Shown piece after piece: positions 51,644 to 63,200 of a DNA stretch of 64,000 bases. Numbering within the stretch: position 1 is the first letter of the stretch; every line of letters begins with the position of its first letter. A program made the translations under genes and the position numbers. The notes beneath the pieces are model-generated. The model ran no database searches. It was not told the origin of the DNA and was given only the letters and a program-made list of their open reading frames with translations. This DNA is from Escherichia coli (GTDB lineage Bacteria; Pseudomonadota; Gammaproteobacteria; Enterobacterales; Enterobacteriaceae). The stretch lies in assembly GCF_965641715.1 (NCBI RefSeq), contig NZ_OZ282453.1; one strand, 5' to 3'.

Positions 51644-52890
51644 CAGGAGCGAGCTCCTTTTTTCGCGTATTCGCGGCTGGTGGCTTTCTCTTCCGGAGTG
51701 GTGGCGCTCTGGGCTTCCACCACTTCCACTTTCGCCCCTTCGGTCAGGCGATCAATGCCGTCTGTCACCACGCGATCGCCCGCAGAAATACCTGCGCGGA
51801 TCACCACTTTCTGACTGTCCTGAATGCCCGGCGTCACCAGATGTTTGCTGACCTTGTTTTCGCTATTCAGCACCCAGACAAAATGGCCTTCATTGCCCAT
51901 TTGCAGGGCGGCGGTGGGGATCACTACGGCGTTTTGTTCGGTGTCGACTAACATGCGCGCGTTAACAAACTGATTGGGAAACAGCGCATCATCCTGATTA
52001 TTAAAGCGTGCTTTCACTTTAATCGTACCGGTAGTGGCATCGATTTGGTTATCGAGACTTAACAGCGTGCCTTCACTTAATTTCTTCGAGTTGGTGCGAT
52101 CCCAGGCTTCTACCACCAGCGGTTTTCCGGCTTTTTGCGCCTGCACAACGGTAGCGATATCGCTTTCCGGCAGGGTAAAGAGCAAATCGATAGGATGCGT
52201 CTGGGTGATCACCACAATTCCGGTGGTATCACCACTGGAGATTTGGTTACCAACATCAACCTGCTTGAGACCAACGCGACCATCGACTGGTGCGGTGATG
52301 CGGCTCCAGTCGAGTTGCAGCTGTGCGCTGGCGACGCTTGCTTCATCAGCCTTAATGGTGCCTTCGGTTTCACTGACCAGCGCTTGTTGGGCATCCAGTT
52401 CCTGACGAGATACGAGATTGGTTTTTACCAGTTGTTGATAACGCGCCAGGTCACGGCGGGCGTTGGCAAGCGTGGCTTTATCTTTTGCCAGTTGGCCCTG
52501 GGCTTGTGCTAATGCAACTTTGAACTGGCTGGGGTCAATTTCTGCCAGTAAATCGCCTGCTTTGACCTGCTGGCCTTCCTGGAAATGTAACGCCATCAAC
52601 TGACCATCTACGCGGCTGCGCACCGTAACGGTGTTAGCAGCGGTAATGGTGCCAAGCCCGGTGAGGTAACGCGGAACTGCCTGTTCTACGGCGGTCGCCG
52701 CCTGAACCGGGGCTAATGGGCCGGAACGCATACCACGGCGACCACCCGCTGGCGATTGCTGCGCTTGTTTCGTCGCCCCTGGGGCTGCACTCTGGGAGTC
52801 ATTGCGGCCTTGCCAGAACCAGAATGCGGCGATGGCGGCGATAACCACCACGATTACGATTACCCAACGGGATTTATAACTACCTTTCAT
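51643..52890 (-). CDS. mdtA: Membrane fusion protein MdtA (415 aa)
   Basis: Start at MKGSYKSRW with TM anchor; upstream extension of the listed ORF rejected. Confidence 0.85.
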   Translation of the reverse strand: MKGSYKSRWVIVIVVVIAAIAAFWFWQGRNDSQSAAPGATKQAQQSPAGGRRGMRSGPLAPVQAATAVEQAVPRYLTGLGTITAANTVTVRSRVDGQLMALHFQEGQQVKAGDLLAEIDPSQFKVALAQAQGQLAKDKATLANARRDLARYQQLVKTNLVSRQELDAQQALVSETEGTIKADEASVASAQLQLDWSRITAPVDGRVGLKQVDVGNQISSGDTTGIVVITQTHPIDLLFTLPESDIATVVQAQKAGKPLVVEAWDRTNSKKLSEGTLLSLDNQIDATTGTIKVKARFNNQDDALFPNQFVNARMLVDTEQNAVVIPTAALQMGNEGHFVWVLNSENKVSKHLVTPGIQDSQKVVIRAGISAGDRVVTDGIDRLTEGAKVEVVEAQSATTPEEKATSREYAKKGARS

Positions 52891-53120
52891 CGTTAAGAGT
52901 TTCTCTTCCTGAAACGTTTCGCGGAATGATACTAGTGTAGCCAGCCAATAAGGGAGAAAAATGGAGGAATTATGAAACACTATCGGGAATCGTCTGAATG
53001 GCGGGCACATTTGCGAGCACGCATCCAGTAATAACACAGGAAACTATTTTATCTACGCGTTAGCGATAGACTGCTTGCATGGCGAAAGGAGGTAAGCCGA
53101 CGATTTCAGCGGGACGCTGA

Positions 53121-53265
53121 AACGGGAAAGCCCCTCCCGAGGAAGGGGCCATAAATAAGGAAAGGGTCATGATGAAGATACTCATCATCGTGGTGCTCTT
53201 AGTGATTAGCTACCCAGCATACTAAGACTACCAGGGCGGGGGAACCCCCGCTCTACCCTCACTCC
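53121..53265 (-). ncRNA. Sib-family antisense sRNA antitoxin (copy 1), approximate ends
   Basis: Antisense to ibs copy 1; minus-strand hairpin ggcccctt..gaggggc + U-tract to the left of ibs start; ends estimated. Confidence 0.4.
53169..53225 (+). CDS. Ibs-family type I toxin peptide, variant MMKILIIVVLLVISYPAY
   Basis: 18-codon hydrophobic ORF with Ibs pattern. Confidence 0.6.
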   Translation: MMKILIIVVLLVISYPAY

Positions 53266-53448
53266 TGAAAGTATGCCTTCACGTTCAGAATGTCAATCCG
53301 CAGGCTTTGCAGTCTGCGATCCTGCCAGCAAATATTCTTTGCGAGACGTTACGCAATAATCACACTTGAAACTATTTTATCCGCAAGTCAGCGATAGACT
53401 GCATACAGGGCGAAAGGAGGTAAGCCGAAGATTTCAGCGGGACGCTGA

Positions 53449-53593
53449 AACGGGAAAGCCCCTCCCGAGGAAGGGGCCTTAAATAAGGAAAGGGTCATGA
53501 TGAAGTGGATCATCATCGTGGTGCTCTTAGTTATTAGCTTGCCGGCTTACTAAGTCATCAAAGCGGGGGAAACCCCGCTCTACCCTCACTCCT
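53449..53593 (-). ncRNA. Sib-family antisense sRNA antitoxin (copy 2), approximate ends
   Basis: As copy 1, by repeat register. Confidence 0.4.
53497..53553 (+). CDS. Ibs-family type I toxin peptide, variant MMKWIIIVVLLVISLPAY
   Basis: 18-codon hydrophobic ORF with Ibs pattern. Confidence 0.6.
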   Translation: MMKWIIIVVLLVISLPAY

Positions 53594-53775
53594 GAAAGTA
53601 TGCCTTCACGGTCAGATTGTCAATCCGCAGGCTTTGCAGTCTGCGATCCTGCCAGCAAATATTCTTTGCGAGGCGTTACGCAATAATCACACTTGAAACT
53701 ATTTTATCCGCAAGTCAGCGATAGACTGCATACAGGGCGAAAGGAGGTAAGCCGAAGATTTCAGCGGGACGCTGA

Positions 53776-53920
53776 AACGGGAAAGCCCCTCCCGAGGAAG
53801 GGGCCTTAAATAAGGAAAGGGTCATGATGAAGCTACTCATCATCGTGGTGCTCTTAGTCATAAGCTTCCCCGCTTACTAAGACTACCAGGGCGGGGGAAC
53901 CCCCGCTCTACCCTCATTCC
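53776..53920 (-). ncRNA. sibB: SibB-like antisense sRNA, approximate ends
   Basis: Antisense to ibsB; by repeat register. Confidence 0.4.
53824..53880 (+). CDS. ibsB: IbsB toxin peptide MMKLLIIVVLLVISFPAY
   Basis: Matches remembered IbsB. Confidence 0.7.
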   Translation: MMKLLIIVVLLVISFPAY

Positions 53921-54103
53921 TGAAAGTATGCCTTCACGGTCAGATTGTCAATCTGCAGGCTTTGCAGTCTGCGATCCTGCCAGCAAATATTCTTTGCGAG
54001 ACGTTACGCAATAATCACACTGGAAACTATTTTATCCGCAAGTCAGCGATAGACTGCATGCATGGCGAAAGGAGGTAAGCCGACGATTTCAGCGGGATGC
54101 TGA

Positions 54104-54251
54104 AACGGGAAAGCCCCTCCCGAGGAAGGGGCCTTAAATAAGGAAAGGGTTATGATGAAGCACGTCATCATACTGGTGATACTCTTAGTGATTAGCTTCC
54201 AGGCTTACTAAGAACACCAGGGGGAGGGGGAAACCTCTCCTAACCCTCACT
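54104..54251 (-). ncRNA. sibA: SibA-like antisense sRNA, approximate ends
   Basis: Antisense to ibsA; by repeat register. Confidence 0.4.
54152..54211 (+). CDS. ibsA: IbsA toxin peptide MMKHVIILVILLVISFQAY
   Basis: Matches remembered IbsA. Confidence 0.7.
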   Translation: MMKHVIILVILLVISFQAY

Positions 54252-54430
54252 TCTGAAATTATGTCACTCCGCCCTTAGTGTCAATCGACGGCTCTCCGTT
54301 CTTGCGAGGCGAATAGCAAAATTTTCTGCGCCGCCGGGCCTAATTCTGAAAGTTTCTTCGTTTGCTCTTATTTCATTATTGCAATCGGTATGATACCGGA
54401 CCTCAATAATTCTCTAAGAAAGGATTTCTT

Positions 54431-55090
54431 ATGAGCGAACAAATCACGTTTGCCACCAGCGATTTTGCCAGTAACCCGGAACCACGTTGCCCCTGCATTC
54501 TGCTGCTGGATGTATCTGGCTCGATGAGCGGCAGACCTATTAATGAACTTAACGCCGGATTGGTTACCTTTCGTGATGAACTGCTTGCTGATCCGCTGGC
54601 TTTAAAAAGAGTGGAACTCGGCATTGTGACGTTCGGCCCGGTGCATGTGGAACAACCCTTTACCAGCGCCGCTAACTTTTTCCCGCCCATCCTGTTTGCC
54701 CAGGGGGATACGCCTATGGGGGCCGCCATTACCAAAGCCCTGGATATGGTTGAAGAGAGGAAACGTGAGTACCGCGCAAATGGTATTTCGTATTATCGCC
54801 CGTGGATTTTCCTGATCACCGATGGCGCTCCAACCGATGAGTGGCAGGCTGCCGCCAACAAAGTGTTTCAGGGGGAAGAAGATAAGAAGTTTGCCTTCTT
54901 TTCCATCGGTGTTCAGGGGGCGGATATGAAGACTCTGGCACAAATCAGCGTTCGTCAGCCTTTGCCACTGCAGGGATTACAATTCCGTGAACTGTTTAGC
55001 TGGTTATCCAGTTCGCTGCGTTCGGTTTCCCGCTCCACGCCGGGAACGGAAGTTGTGCTGGAAGCGCCAAAAGGCTGGACGTCAGTGTGA
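54431..55090 (+). CDS. yegL: vWA-domain protein YegL
   Basis: 219 aa with MIDAS-like DVSGSMSG motif. Confidence 0.85.
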   Translation: MSEQITFATSDFASNPEPRCPCILLLDVSGSMSGRPINELNAGLVTFRDELLADPLALKRVELGIVTFGPVHVEQPFTSAANFFPPILFAQGDTPMGAAITKALDMVEERKREYRANGISYYRPWIFLITDGAPTDEWQAAANKVFQGEEDKKFAFFSIGVQGADMKTLAQISVRQPLPLQGLQFRELFSWLSSSLRSVSRSTPGTEVVLEAPKGWTSV

Positions 55091-55848
55091 GCTGGCGTCT
55101 GGTTTATGCATCCGCTGTTGGAACGTTGCACATTAGCGCTGATTTACCTTGTCAGGATGCCTGCCAGATGCAGGTTGCTTGGCTAAATGACCAGCAGCCA
55201 TTACTGGTGATGTTCCTTGCTGATGGCGCAGGTAGCGTTTCGCAGGGAGGAGAAGGCGCGAAGCTCGCCGTCAATGAAGCGATGGCGTTTATGGTGCAAA
55301 AAGTACAGGACGGTGAATTGGGGCTTAATGATGTTCTCGCCACAAATATGGTACTGACCATTCGTCAACGACTTTTTGCCGAGGCAGAAGCCAAAGCATT
55401 AGCAGTTCGCGATTTTGCCTGCACGTTTCTGGGATTGATTTCATCGGATAACGGCACATTGATTATGCAAATTGGCGACGGCGGTGTAGTGGTGGATTTG
55501 GGTCGTGGTCTGGAACTGCCGCTCACGCCGATGGTGGGTGAATATGCCAATATGACGCATTTCATTAGCGATGAAGATGCTGTTTCCAGACTGGAAACTT
55601 TCACCAGCACTGAGCGTGCGCATAAAGTTGCAGCATTTACGGATGGTATTCAGCGACTGGCGTTAAATATGCTGGATAATTCTCCTCATGTGCCTTTCTT
55701 TACCCCGTTTTTCAATGGACTGGCGTCAGCAACGCAGGAACAACTCGATTTATTACCTGAATTGTTAAAGCAGTTTTTGTCCAGCCCGGCGGTAAACGAG
55801 CGTACCGATGATGATAAAACGTTGGCACTGGCGCTGTGGTTACCATGA
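55087..55848 (+). CDS. yegK: PP2C-like Ser/Thr phosphatase YegK
   Basis: 253 aa, acidic metal-binding motifs ([12 protein letters not shown]), coupled to yegL and yegI. Confidence 0.8.
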   Translation: MSWRLVYASAVGTLHISADLPCQDACQMQVAWLNDQQPLLVMFLADGAGSVSQGGEGAKLAVNEAMAFMVQKVQDGELGLNDVLATNMVLTIRQRLFAEAEAKALAVRDFACTFLGLISSDNGTLIMQIGDGGVVVDLGRGLELPLTPMVGEYANMTHFISDEDAVSRLETFTSTERAHKVAAFTDGIQRLALNMLDNSPHVPFFTPFFNGLASATQEQLDLLPELLKQFLSSPAVNERTDDDKTLALALWLP

Positions 55849-57785
55849 AACCCACTTTATATACTGCTACTGGTGAGTGCGTTACGCCAGGCCGTGAACT
55901 GGGCAAAGGCGGTGAAGGTGCGGTTTATGATATCGAGGAGTTTGCCGATAGCGTCGCCAAGATTTATCACACGCCGCCACCCGCCTTAAAACAGGACAAA
56001 CTTGCCTTTATGGCTGCGACAGCTGACGCGCAGTTGTTGAATTATGTCGCCTGGCCGCAGGCAACGCTTCACGGTGGACGAGGCGGAAAAGTTATCGGTT
56101 TTATGATGCCAAAAGTTTCTGGTAAAGAACCGATTCATATGATCTATAGCCCGGCACATCGTCGCCAGAGTTACCCTCATTGTGCGTGGGATTTTCTACT
56201 CTATGTTGCGCGCAATATTGCTTCATCTTTTGCTACGGTTCACGAGCACGGGCACGTCGTGGGTGACGTAAACCAGAACAGCTTTATGGTAGGTCGCGAC
56301 AGCAAAGTGGTGTTGATCGATAGTGACTCCTTTCAGATTAACGCCAATGGCACACTGCATTTATGCGAAGTCGGCGTGTCGCATTTTACGCCGCCAGAGC
56401 TACAAACCTTGCCATCATTTGTCGGTTTTGAACGTACCGCGAATCACGATAATTTTGGCCTTGCGTTGCTGATTTTTCACGTCTTGTTTGGTGGGCGGCA
56501 TCCTTATTCTGGTGTGCCGCTTATCTCTGATGCGGGTAATGCGCTGGAGACGGATATTGCCCATTTCCGTTATGCCTACGCGTCAGATAATCAGCGACGT
56601 GGTTTAAAACCGCCGCCACGATCTATTCCGCTGTCGATGTTACCGGGAGATGTTGAAGCCATGTTTCAGCAGGCATTCACGGAAAGTGGCGTGGCAACGG
56701 GGCGTCCGACGGCAAAAGCGTGGGTAGCGGCACTTGATTTACTACGCCAACAGTTAAAGAAATGTACCGTTTCGGCAATGCATGTTTACCCCGGTCATTT
56801 GACTGACTGCCCGTGGTGTGCGCTGGATAATCAAGGCGTTATCTATTTTATTGATCTCGGCGAAGAGGTCATTACCACCAGCGGTGATTTTGTGCTGACG
56901 AAAGTCTGGGCGATGGTGATGGCGTCAGTAGCACCGCCAGCATTGCAATTGCCATTACCCGATCATTTCCAACCGACTGGCAGGCCGCTTCCTTTAGGCC
57001 TGTTACGGCGCGAATACATCATTCTGATTGAGATCGCACTGTCAGCGTTATCGCTGTTGCTTTGCGGCCTTCAGGCAGAACCGCGTTATATTATTTTGGT
57101 TCCTGTGCTGGCGGCTATCTGGATTATTGGCAGTCTGACAAGCAAAGCTTATAAAGCAGAAATCCAGCAACGCCGTGAGGCATTTAATCGCGCGAAAATG
57201 GACTATGACCATTTAGTCAGCCAGATCCAACAGTTGGGCGGGCTGGAAGGTTTTATCGCCAAACGGACGATGCTCGAAAAAATGAAGGAAGAAATTCTCG
57301 GGTTACCGGAAGAAGAAAAACGTGCTCTGGCAGCACTTCACGACACTGCAAGGGAACGGCAGAAGCAGAAGTTTCTGGAGGGATTTTTTATTGATGCTGC
57401 CTCTATTCCCGGCGTTGGTCCTGCGCGTAAAGCGGCGTTACGGTCTTTTGGTATTGAAACAGCAGCGGATGTTACCCGTCGTGGCGTTAAGCAAGTTAAA
57501 GGGTTTGGCGACCATCTGACCCAGGCGGTTATCGACTGGAAAGCGAGCTGTGAACGCCGTTTTGTGTTCAGGCCGAACGAAGCGGTAACGCCAGCAGACA
57601 GACAGGCGGTAATGGCGAAAATGGCCGCCAAACGACATCGGCTGGAATCGGCGTTGACTGTCGGCGCGACAGAGTTGCAGCGATTCCGCCTTCATGCTCC
57701 AGCACGGACCATGCCGTTGATGGAACCGTTACGTCAGGCGGCAGAAAAACTGGCTCAGGCGCAGGCAGATTTAAGCCGCTGCTGA
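55845..57785 (+). CDS. yegI: Eukaryote-like Ser/Thr protein kinase YegI with C-terminal TM and coiled-coil/HhH-like region
   Basis: Kinase motifs GKGGEGAVY, HVVGDVNQNS, DSDSF; ATG overlaps yegK stop (ATGA). Confidence 0.85.
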   Translation: MKPTLYTATGECVTPGRELGKGGEGAVYDIEEFADSVAKIYHTPPPALKQDKLAFMAATADAQLLNYVAWPQATLHGGRGGKVIGFMMPKVSGKEPIHMIYSPAHRRQSYPHCAWDFLLYVARNIASSFATVHEHGHVVGDVNQNSFMVGRDSKVVLIDSDSFQINANGTLHLCEVGVSHFTPPELQTLPSFVGFERTANHDNFGLALLIFHVLFGGRHPYSGVPLISDAGNALETDIAHFRYAYASDNQRRGLKPPPRSIPLSMLPGDVEAMFQQAFTESGVATGRPTAKAWVAALDLLRQQLKKCTVSAMHVYPGHLTDCPWCALDNQGVIYFIDLGEEVITTSGDFVLTKVWAMVMASVAPPALQLPLPDHFQPTGRPLPLGLLRREYIILIEIALSALSLLLCGLQAEPRYIILVPVLAAIWIIGSLTSKAYKAEIQQRREAFNRAKMDYDHLVSQIQQLGGLEGFIAKRTMLEKMKEEILGLPEEEKRALAALHDTARERQKQKFLEGFFIDAASIPGVGPARKAALRSFGIETAADVTRRGVKQVKGFGDHLTQAVIDWKASCERRFVFRPNEAVTPADRQAVMAKMAAKRHRLESALTVGATELQRFRLHAPARTMPLMEPLRQAAEKLAQAQADLSRC

Positions 57786-57796
57786 GCCATTTTCTT

Positions 57797-59149
57797 TTAA
57801 CGAAATACCACTTCCGCCCAGCGTGCCAGCCCGGCGGTGACGGAGCCAAAGTCATCGCCGCCTGCAATCGGAATGCCCGGCAACTGTTCTGCCAGCGCTT
57901 TTTTAATCAGCGGCGAACGGGCGCTACCGCCGGTCAGGTATATAACGTCCGGTTTTTCCTGGGCGTTATCCAGCGCCAGTTGCACCTGTTCCAGAATCCG
58001 CGCCAGTGGCTGGCTGAGGGCGCTTTCCAGCCCTTGCTGGCTAATCAGCGTAGCCAGTTCATCGCTGATAAACGGCAGTGAGGCGCGGGTTTCCGCTACG
58101 CTTGAAAGAGCGATTTTGCTCTCTTCTGCGCTGCGTACCAGGCGATAGCTTAAACGCTGACGCCAGACTTTCTGTAGCAGGGCCACTTTTTCCGGTTCGC
58201 GGGCATCGCGTACCAGATCGTTAAGCAGACGACCGTTGGCACTACTGTAGAAATCACTCTGCGCAGGTACGTCGTTGATGGCAACCGCATTCCACCACGG
58301 CAGAATCGGCAGGGCGATGCCTTTTTCGGTTTCGCCACCCATGCCCAGTAACGGCATCAGGTTTTTAAACGCCAGCGCGATATCCAGATCGTTACCGCCA
58401 ATACGGCAACCACTGTGACCCAGCAGGCTGGCTTCACGATCGAGACGCGAACGCCACTGCGGCCCCATCAGCAGCAATGAACAGTCAGTCGTACCACCGC
58501 CGATATCCACCACCAGCACCCGTTTTTCTTCCTGCAAGGTGGCTTCGTAATCCAGCCCAGCCGCGACCGGCTCGTACTGGAATACCACGTCCCTGAATCC
58601 GGCACGCTTCGCCGCGCGTTCCAGAATCCCTTGCGCCTGGGCGTTTGCTTCATCGCCGCCCAGCCCCTGGAAGTTGATCGGGCGACCAATCACCGCCTGA
58701 GTAATCGTTTCTGGCAGCTGTGCCTGCGCCTGCTGGCGAATGTGCAACATCATTGCGCAGACCAGATCCTCAAACAGCGCTACCTGCTGCGGTTTTAAGC
58801 CGCTGGCACCGAGGAACGATTTTGGTGATTTCACAAACCACACTTCTTCCGGATCATCAATGTACTGTGCCAGTGAGGAAAGACCGAACTGCACGCTTTT
58901 CGCCGTAACATCGATATCTTCTTCGCGGTTATAACGAATCGCCCGACGCAACAGCGCCTGCGTTTCATCGTCGTCTGCCGGAACATCATGATGGCGGTAC
59001 AGCCATTCGCTTACCGCTTCACGCGTTGGCGCGCAAAGCATTGAAGGCAGCAGCGTGCTGTCGTTTTCCATTTTTAGCAAGTGCGGTTTACCGTCACGCA
59101 TGACCGCCACTGAACAGTTTGCTGTACCGTAATCAAAACCAATAAACAC
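57797..59149 (-). CDS. yegD: Hsp70/actin-fold ATPase YegD (450 aa, GTG start)
   Basis: Start set to GTG giving (M)FIGFDYGTANCSVAV; Hsp70-like phosphate-binding motifs. Confidence 0.8.
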   Translation of the reverse strand: MFIGFDYGTANCSVAVMRDGKPHLLKMENDSTLLPSMLCAPTREAVSEWLYRHHDVPADDDETQALLRRAIRYNREEDIDVTAKSVQFGLSSLAQYIDDPEEVWFVKSPKSFLGASGLKPQQVALFEDLVCAMMLHIRQQAQAQLPETITQAVIGRPINFQGLGGDEANAQAQGILERAAKRAGFRDVVFQYEPVAAGLDYEATLQEEKRVLVVDIGGGTTDCSLLLMGPQWRSRLDREASLLGHSGCRIGGNDLDIALAFKNLMPLLGMGGETEKGIALPILPWWNAVAINDVPAQSDFYSSANGRLLNDLVRDAREPEKVALLQKVWRQRLSYRLVRSAEESKIALSSVAETRASLPFISDELATLISQQGLESALSQPLARILEQVQLALDNAQEKPDVIYLTGGSARSPLIKKALAEQLPGIPIAGGDDFGSVTAGLARWAEVVFR

Positions 59150-59282
59150 GAAATAATCCCCATGCCGGTGAAGAAGGGGCGTGACTTTAGCGAAATGTTG
59201 CCGTCGCGACAACCGGAATATGAAAGCAAAGCGCAGCGTCTGAATAACGTTTATGCTGAAAGCGGATGAATAAGGAGATGCG

Positions 59283-60131
59283 ATGTATACCCTGAACTGG
59301 CAGCCGCCGTATGACTGGTCGTGGATGTTGGGATTTCTCGCCGCCCGTGCAGTGAGCGGTGTGGAAACGGTCGCGGACAGTTATTATGCCCGTAGTCTGG
59401 CGGTGGGCGAATATCGCGGCGTGGTGACTGCTATTCCGGATATAGCCCGCCATACTCTGCACATAAATTTAAGTGCAGGTTTAGAACCTGTTGCCGCAGA
59501 GTGTCTGGCGAAAATGAGCCGCCTGTTTGATCTGCAATGTAACCCGCAGATTGTTAACGGTGCGTTGGGCAGGTTAGGCGCGGCGCGGCCCGGATTGCGT
59601 TTACCCGGCTGTGTTGATGCTTTTGAGCAGGGCGTGCGGGCGATTTTAGGCCAACTGGTGAGCGTGGCGATGGCGGCAAAATTGACTGCCAAAGTGGTAC
59701 AACTTTATGGCGAACGGCTGGATGATTTTCCGGAGTATATCTGCTTCCCCACGCCTCAGCGGCTGGCAGCAGCCGACCCGCAGGCATTAAAAGCGTTAGG
59801 CATGCCGTTGAAACGGGCAGAGGCGCTGATTCATCTGGCAAATGCGGCGCTGGAGGGCACCTTACCAATGACAATACCGGGCGACGTAGAACAAGCGATG
59901 AAAACGCTGCAAACTTTTCCGGGTATCGGGCGCTGGACGGCGAATTATTTCGCTTTACGTGGCTGGCAGGCGAAAGATGTTTTCCTGCCGGATGATTATC
60001 TGATTAAACAGCGATTTCCGGGAATGACACCGGCGCAAATCCGCCGTTATGCCGAGCGCTGGAAGCCCTGGCGTTCTTATGCGCTGTTGCATATCTGGTA
60101 TACGGAAGGCTGGCAGCCAGACGAAGCATGA
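59283..60131 (+). CDS. alkA: 3-methyladenine DNA glycosylase II
   Basis: 282-aa ORF with HhH-GPD region (FPGIGRWTANYFALRG); synteny. Confidence 0.9.
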   Translation: MYTLNWQPPYDWSWMLGFLAARAVSGVETVADSYYARSLAVGEYRGVVTAIPDIARHTLHINLSAGLEPVAAECLAKMSRLFDLQCNPQIVNGALGRLGAARPGLRLPGCVDAFEQGVRAILGQLVSVAMAAKLTAKVVQLYGERLDDFPEYICFPTPQRLAAADPQALKALGMPLKRAEALIHLANAALEGTLPMTIPGDVEQAMKTLQTFPGIGRWTANYFALRGWQAKDVFLPDDYLIKQRFPGMTPAQIRRYAERWKPWRSYALLHIWYTEGWQPDEA

Positions 60132-60231
60132 CGTTGGTCGCCGGAAGCGGTGCGAGCGCCTTGCGGAATGAGCGATTTGTAGGCCTGATAAGACGCGTTA
60201 GCGTCGCATCAGGCAATGGGCAAACGCTCCC

Positions 60232-63200
60232 TCAGTTAATCGCGAAATAACTACTATTCACCAGCAAATCCAGCGGTTGGGCATCGGCAATCACATTACC
60301 ATAAATCAGATCGACGCCGATGCCAGAAAGCGTATCCATCACTAAGGGTAAAACGACTGGCCCGGCGATGGTTTTCATCCCGAGTCGCTGAGCGTGCCCC
60401 TGAATAATCGTAATCAGCATCTCATCCATCAAATTACCCTGCACGTTGGCGCATAACTCATCATCGAGTAGCAGGTAATCTGCCATATTCGCTTTCAGCG
60501 AGTTGAAGATTTGCAGATCGCGGCCCACCTGACTGAATATGATCCGACATCCCCCCAGCCGCAGTTTTTGCACGCTTTCTGCGTGATCTAAAATCGCTTC
60601 AGCCGGAATAATCAGATGTAATAACCGTGGTGGTAGAGGGCTATTTTCCAGCTGCTCAAGCAGGTCATTCACCAGCATGGCGCTACTCAAACCGGCAACG
60701 GAAAGGGGGAGGGCGATGCTTATGCCTTTACTGGCAACCGCTTTTGCGGCCTGCTGGAAAAATTCGTGGAATACCCGGCGGTCAAGAGCATGGCTAAGCG
60801 CCGGATCGCTGAAGCTACGACGAAATGTTTGTTCATCAATAATCTCGCCTTCGCAACTCCAGAGCTTAAGTGAAATCAGCCACAAATTACGCGCTTCCGG
60901 GATCCGTGGCGAAGCGACACCGTGGGCGAGCATCATCAACTGATTCTCTTTAATCATACGCCACTGTTCATCAAGCGACATCGCCGCCCGTTCGCTATGT
61001 GCGGCAGCTTGCTGCGGTTCGTAAACCGTCACCCGGCCCCGGCCACCATTTTTGGAGGCATAACAGGCGATATCAGCCTGCGACATCACTTCTGCCGCCT
61101 GATGATTGTTGTCATCGATCAAGGTAATCCCGGCGCTGGCACCTACCCGATGTACCCGGCCTTCCCATATAAAGTGATAGTCATTCACAGCACTGATAAT
61201 ACGTGTAGCGATAAAACGAGCGCTTTCAACATTGCAGTCTGGCAGCAGCAGACCAAATTCATCACCGCCGAGCCGCGCCAGCACGTCACTGGAGCGCAGC
61301 ATACTCAGCATCAACGACGCCAGTTCGCGCAGCAAAGCGTCGCCCGCCGCATGCCCGGCGCTGTCATTCACCGCTTTAAAGCGATCAAGATCGATAAACA
61401 CCAGTGCATGTCGCTGATGCGTACTGTTTACCGTTTGCAGCAGGATACGCAGTTGTTTCTCAAAACTGGCGCGGTTGGCGAGATGCGTCAGTGCATCATG
61501 GGAGGCGCTGTAGCTCAGCTGGCGCAGCATTTTGCGTGATTCGGTGACGTCCTGAATCACCAGAACCGAGCCTATATTGCTGCCGTCCAGAGTACTTAAC
61601 GGCGTAATACTGTAATGCACGTCGTAGCTGCCGCCGCTCCGGCAGTGCAATACCACATCTTGTTCAATCGCGGAACGTGAGGTGTCGGCACTGTAAATGT
61701 TCTCCATTAATGGTCCGTTGTCGCCAAAAGTAATATGCAACACCGTCAGGAGCGGAACACCTAATGCTTCTTCCTGCGTCCAGCCGCTCATCTTCTCCGC
61801 CACTGGATTCATAAAGGTAATTTTCATCGCCATATCAATACAGACCACGGCTTCACCGATGGAATCAAGCGTAATGTGCAGGCGCTCTTTTTCCTGAAAC
61901 AATGCCTCGTTAAGCTGTTTAACCTCGGTCATATCCATATTAATGCCGAGCAGACGTTCGACTTCGCCTTCTTTATTCAGTACCCGGTTGGCGAGGGCGC
62001 GGATATGGCGGATGCCATCTTTCACGGCAATGCGAAATTCCAGCTTAAAGGGCGAGCGCGATTGCAATGAATCGCGAATCACTTTTTCGGCGTGTTGCCG
62101 ATCTTCCGGCAGCACGCACTCGTACCACACCTGCCAGTTCGGTTTGATATGCGGAGGAATTTCATACAGCTCGAACATCCGCTTATCCCAGCTAAAAATA
62201 TTCGGCTTCAGCTCCCACTCCCAGATGCCAATCCCGCCCGCTTCGTTAGCCAGCGTGATGCGCTCCATCAGTTGCTGATTGACCTGTTCGGTGCGTTTTA
62301 GCTCGTTAATGTCTTCAATCTGAGCGATAAAATAGAGCGGCGTGCCATCCGTGTGGCGCACCAGAGAGACGGCAAGCAACGCCCAGACAACATCGCCATT
62401 GCGGTTGTAGTAACGTTTTTCCATTGAATAGGTGTTTATTTCACCGCTTATCAGCTTTTCAACCTGTTGGAGATCTTTATTGAGATCCTCCGGCCAGGTC
62501 AGTTGCTGAAAGGTGAGTCCGCGCAGCTCTTCCTGACTGTAACCGAGAAACTGGCAGAGTGCTTTGTTGGATTGCAGCCATTGTCCCTCGGTGCCCACTA
62601 ACGCCATACCGATAGCGGAATATTCCATCGCGTTTCGAAAGCGGGTTTCGCTTTCGGAAATGTGTTTGCGTTCCGCACGAAAGGCATACATCACCATGGT
62701 CATGATGTTGGCGGGCAGCAGGATCAGCAAAAACGGTAGCCACGGCATATGGCTCATCAGGTATGTACGCGGCGTAGCAAGCAGGGAGGGATCCGCGGCC
62801 ATCATCAGCGACACCATCATCACCGTGGTAAGGAAGATCAAAAAGGCTTCCATTCGTGGCAGGCGCACGGCGCTCCACATCAACAGCACAATAATGAAAG
62901 TAAAAGGCCACGGCAGATACAGCATCGAAAGCCAGCTTAACGTCAGTGTGATGGCTAACGTGAGCAGCGACTCAAAAAGCAACCTTGGGTTGCGATGGCG
63001 CAGCAGATAGTGTGGTTTAAATAACAATCCCAGCGGCACCAATGCCAGGGCGCCGATGGATTCTGACAGTACCCATATCAAAAATGCCTTGAGAGGATCG
63101 TCTCCGGGCGTCAGCAGGACAACCAGAACACCCCCTAACAGAGGTGGAACAATGGCGCTGCCGAATGCCAGACGCAGCCAGTCAGCCAGATTTTGCAAGG

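Larger units (their letters stand above)
53020..54330. repeat. Tandem array of four ~327-348 bp ibs/sib (QUAD-type) repeat units
   Basis: Repeated gaaactatttt...gcgatagactgc...atgatgaag blocks at ~53020, ~53368, ~53695, ~54023. Confidence 0.85.

Noticed and set aside
53020-54330. Regular tandem repeats that could be mistaken for a CRISPR array
   Set aside because: Units are ~327-348 bp, each containing an Ibs peptide ORF and an antisense hairpin/terminator; no 25-40 bp repeat/spacer periodicity and no cas genes; this is the ibs/sib type I TA array
57797-59212. 471-aa version of yegD
   Set aside because: Hsp70-like N-terminal phosphate-1 motif begins at FIGFDYG; a GTG at 59147..59149 gives the expected 450-aa protein, and the extension has no conserved features
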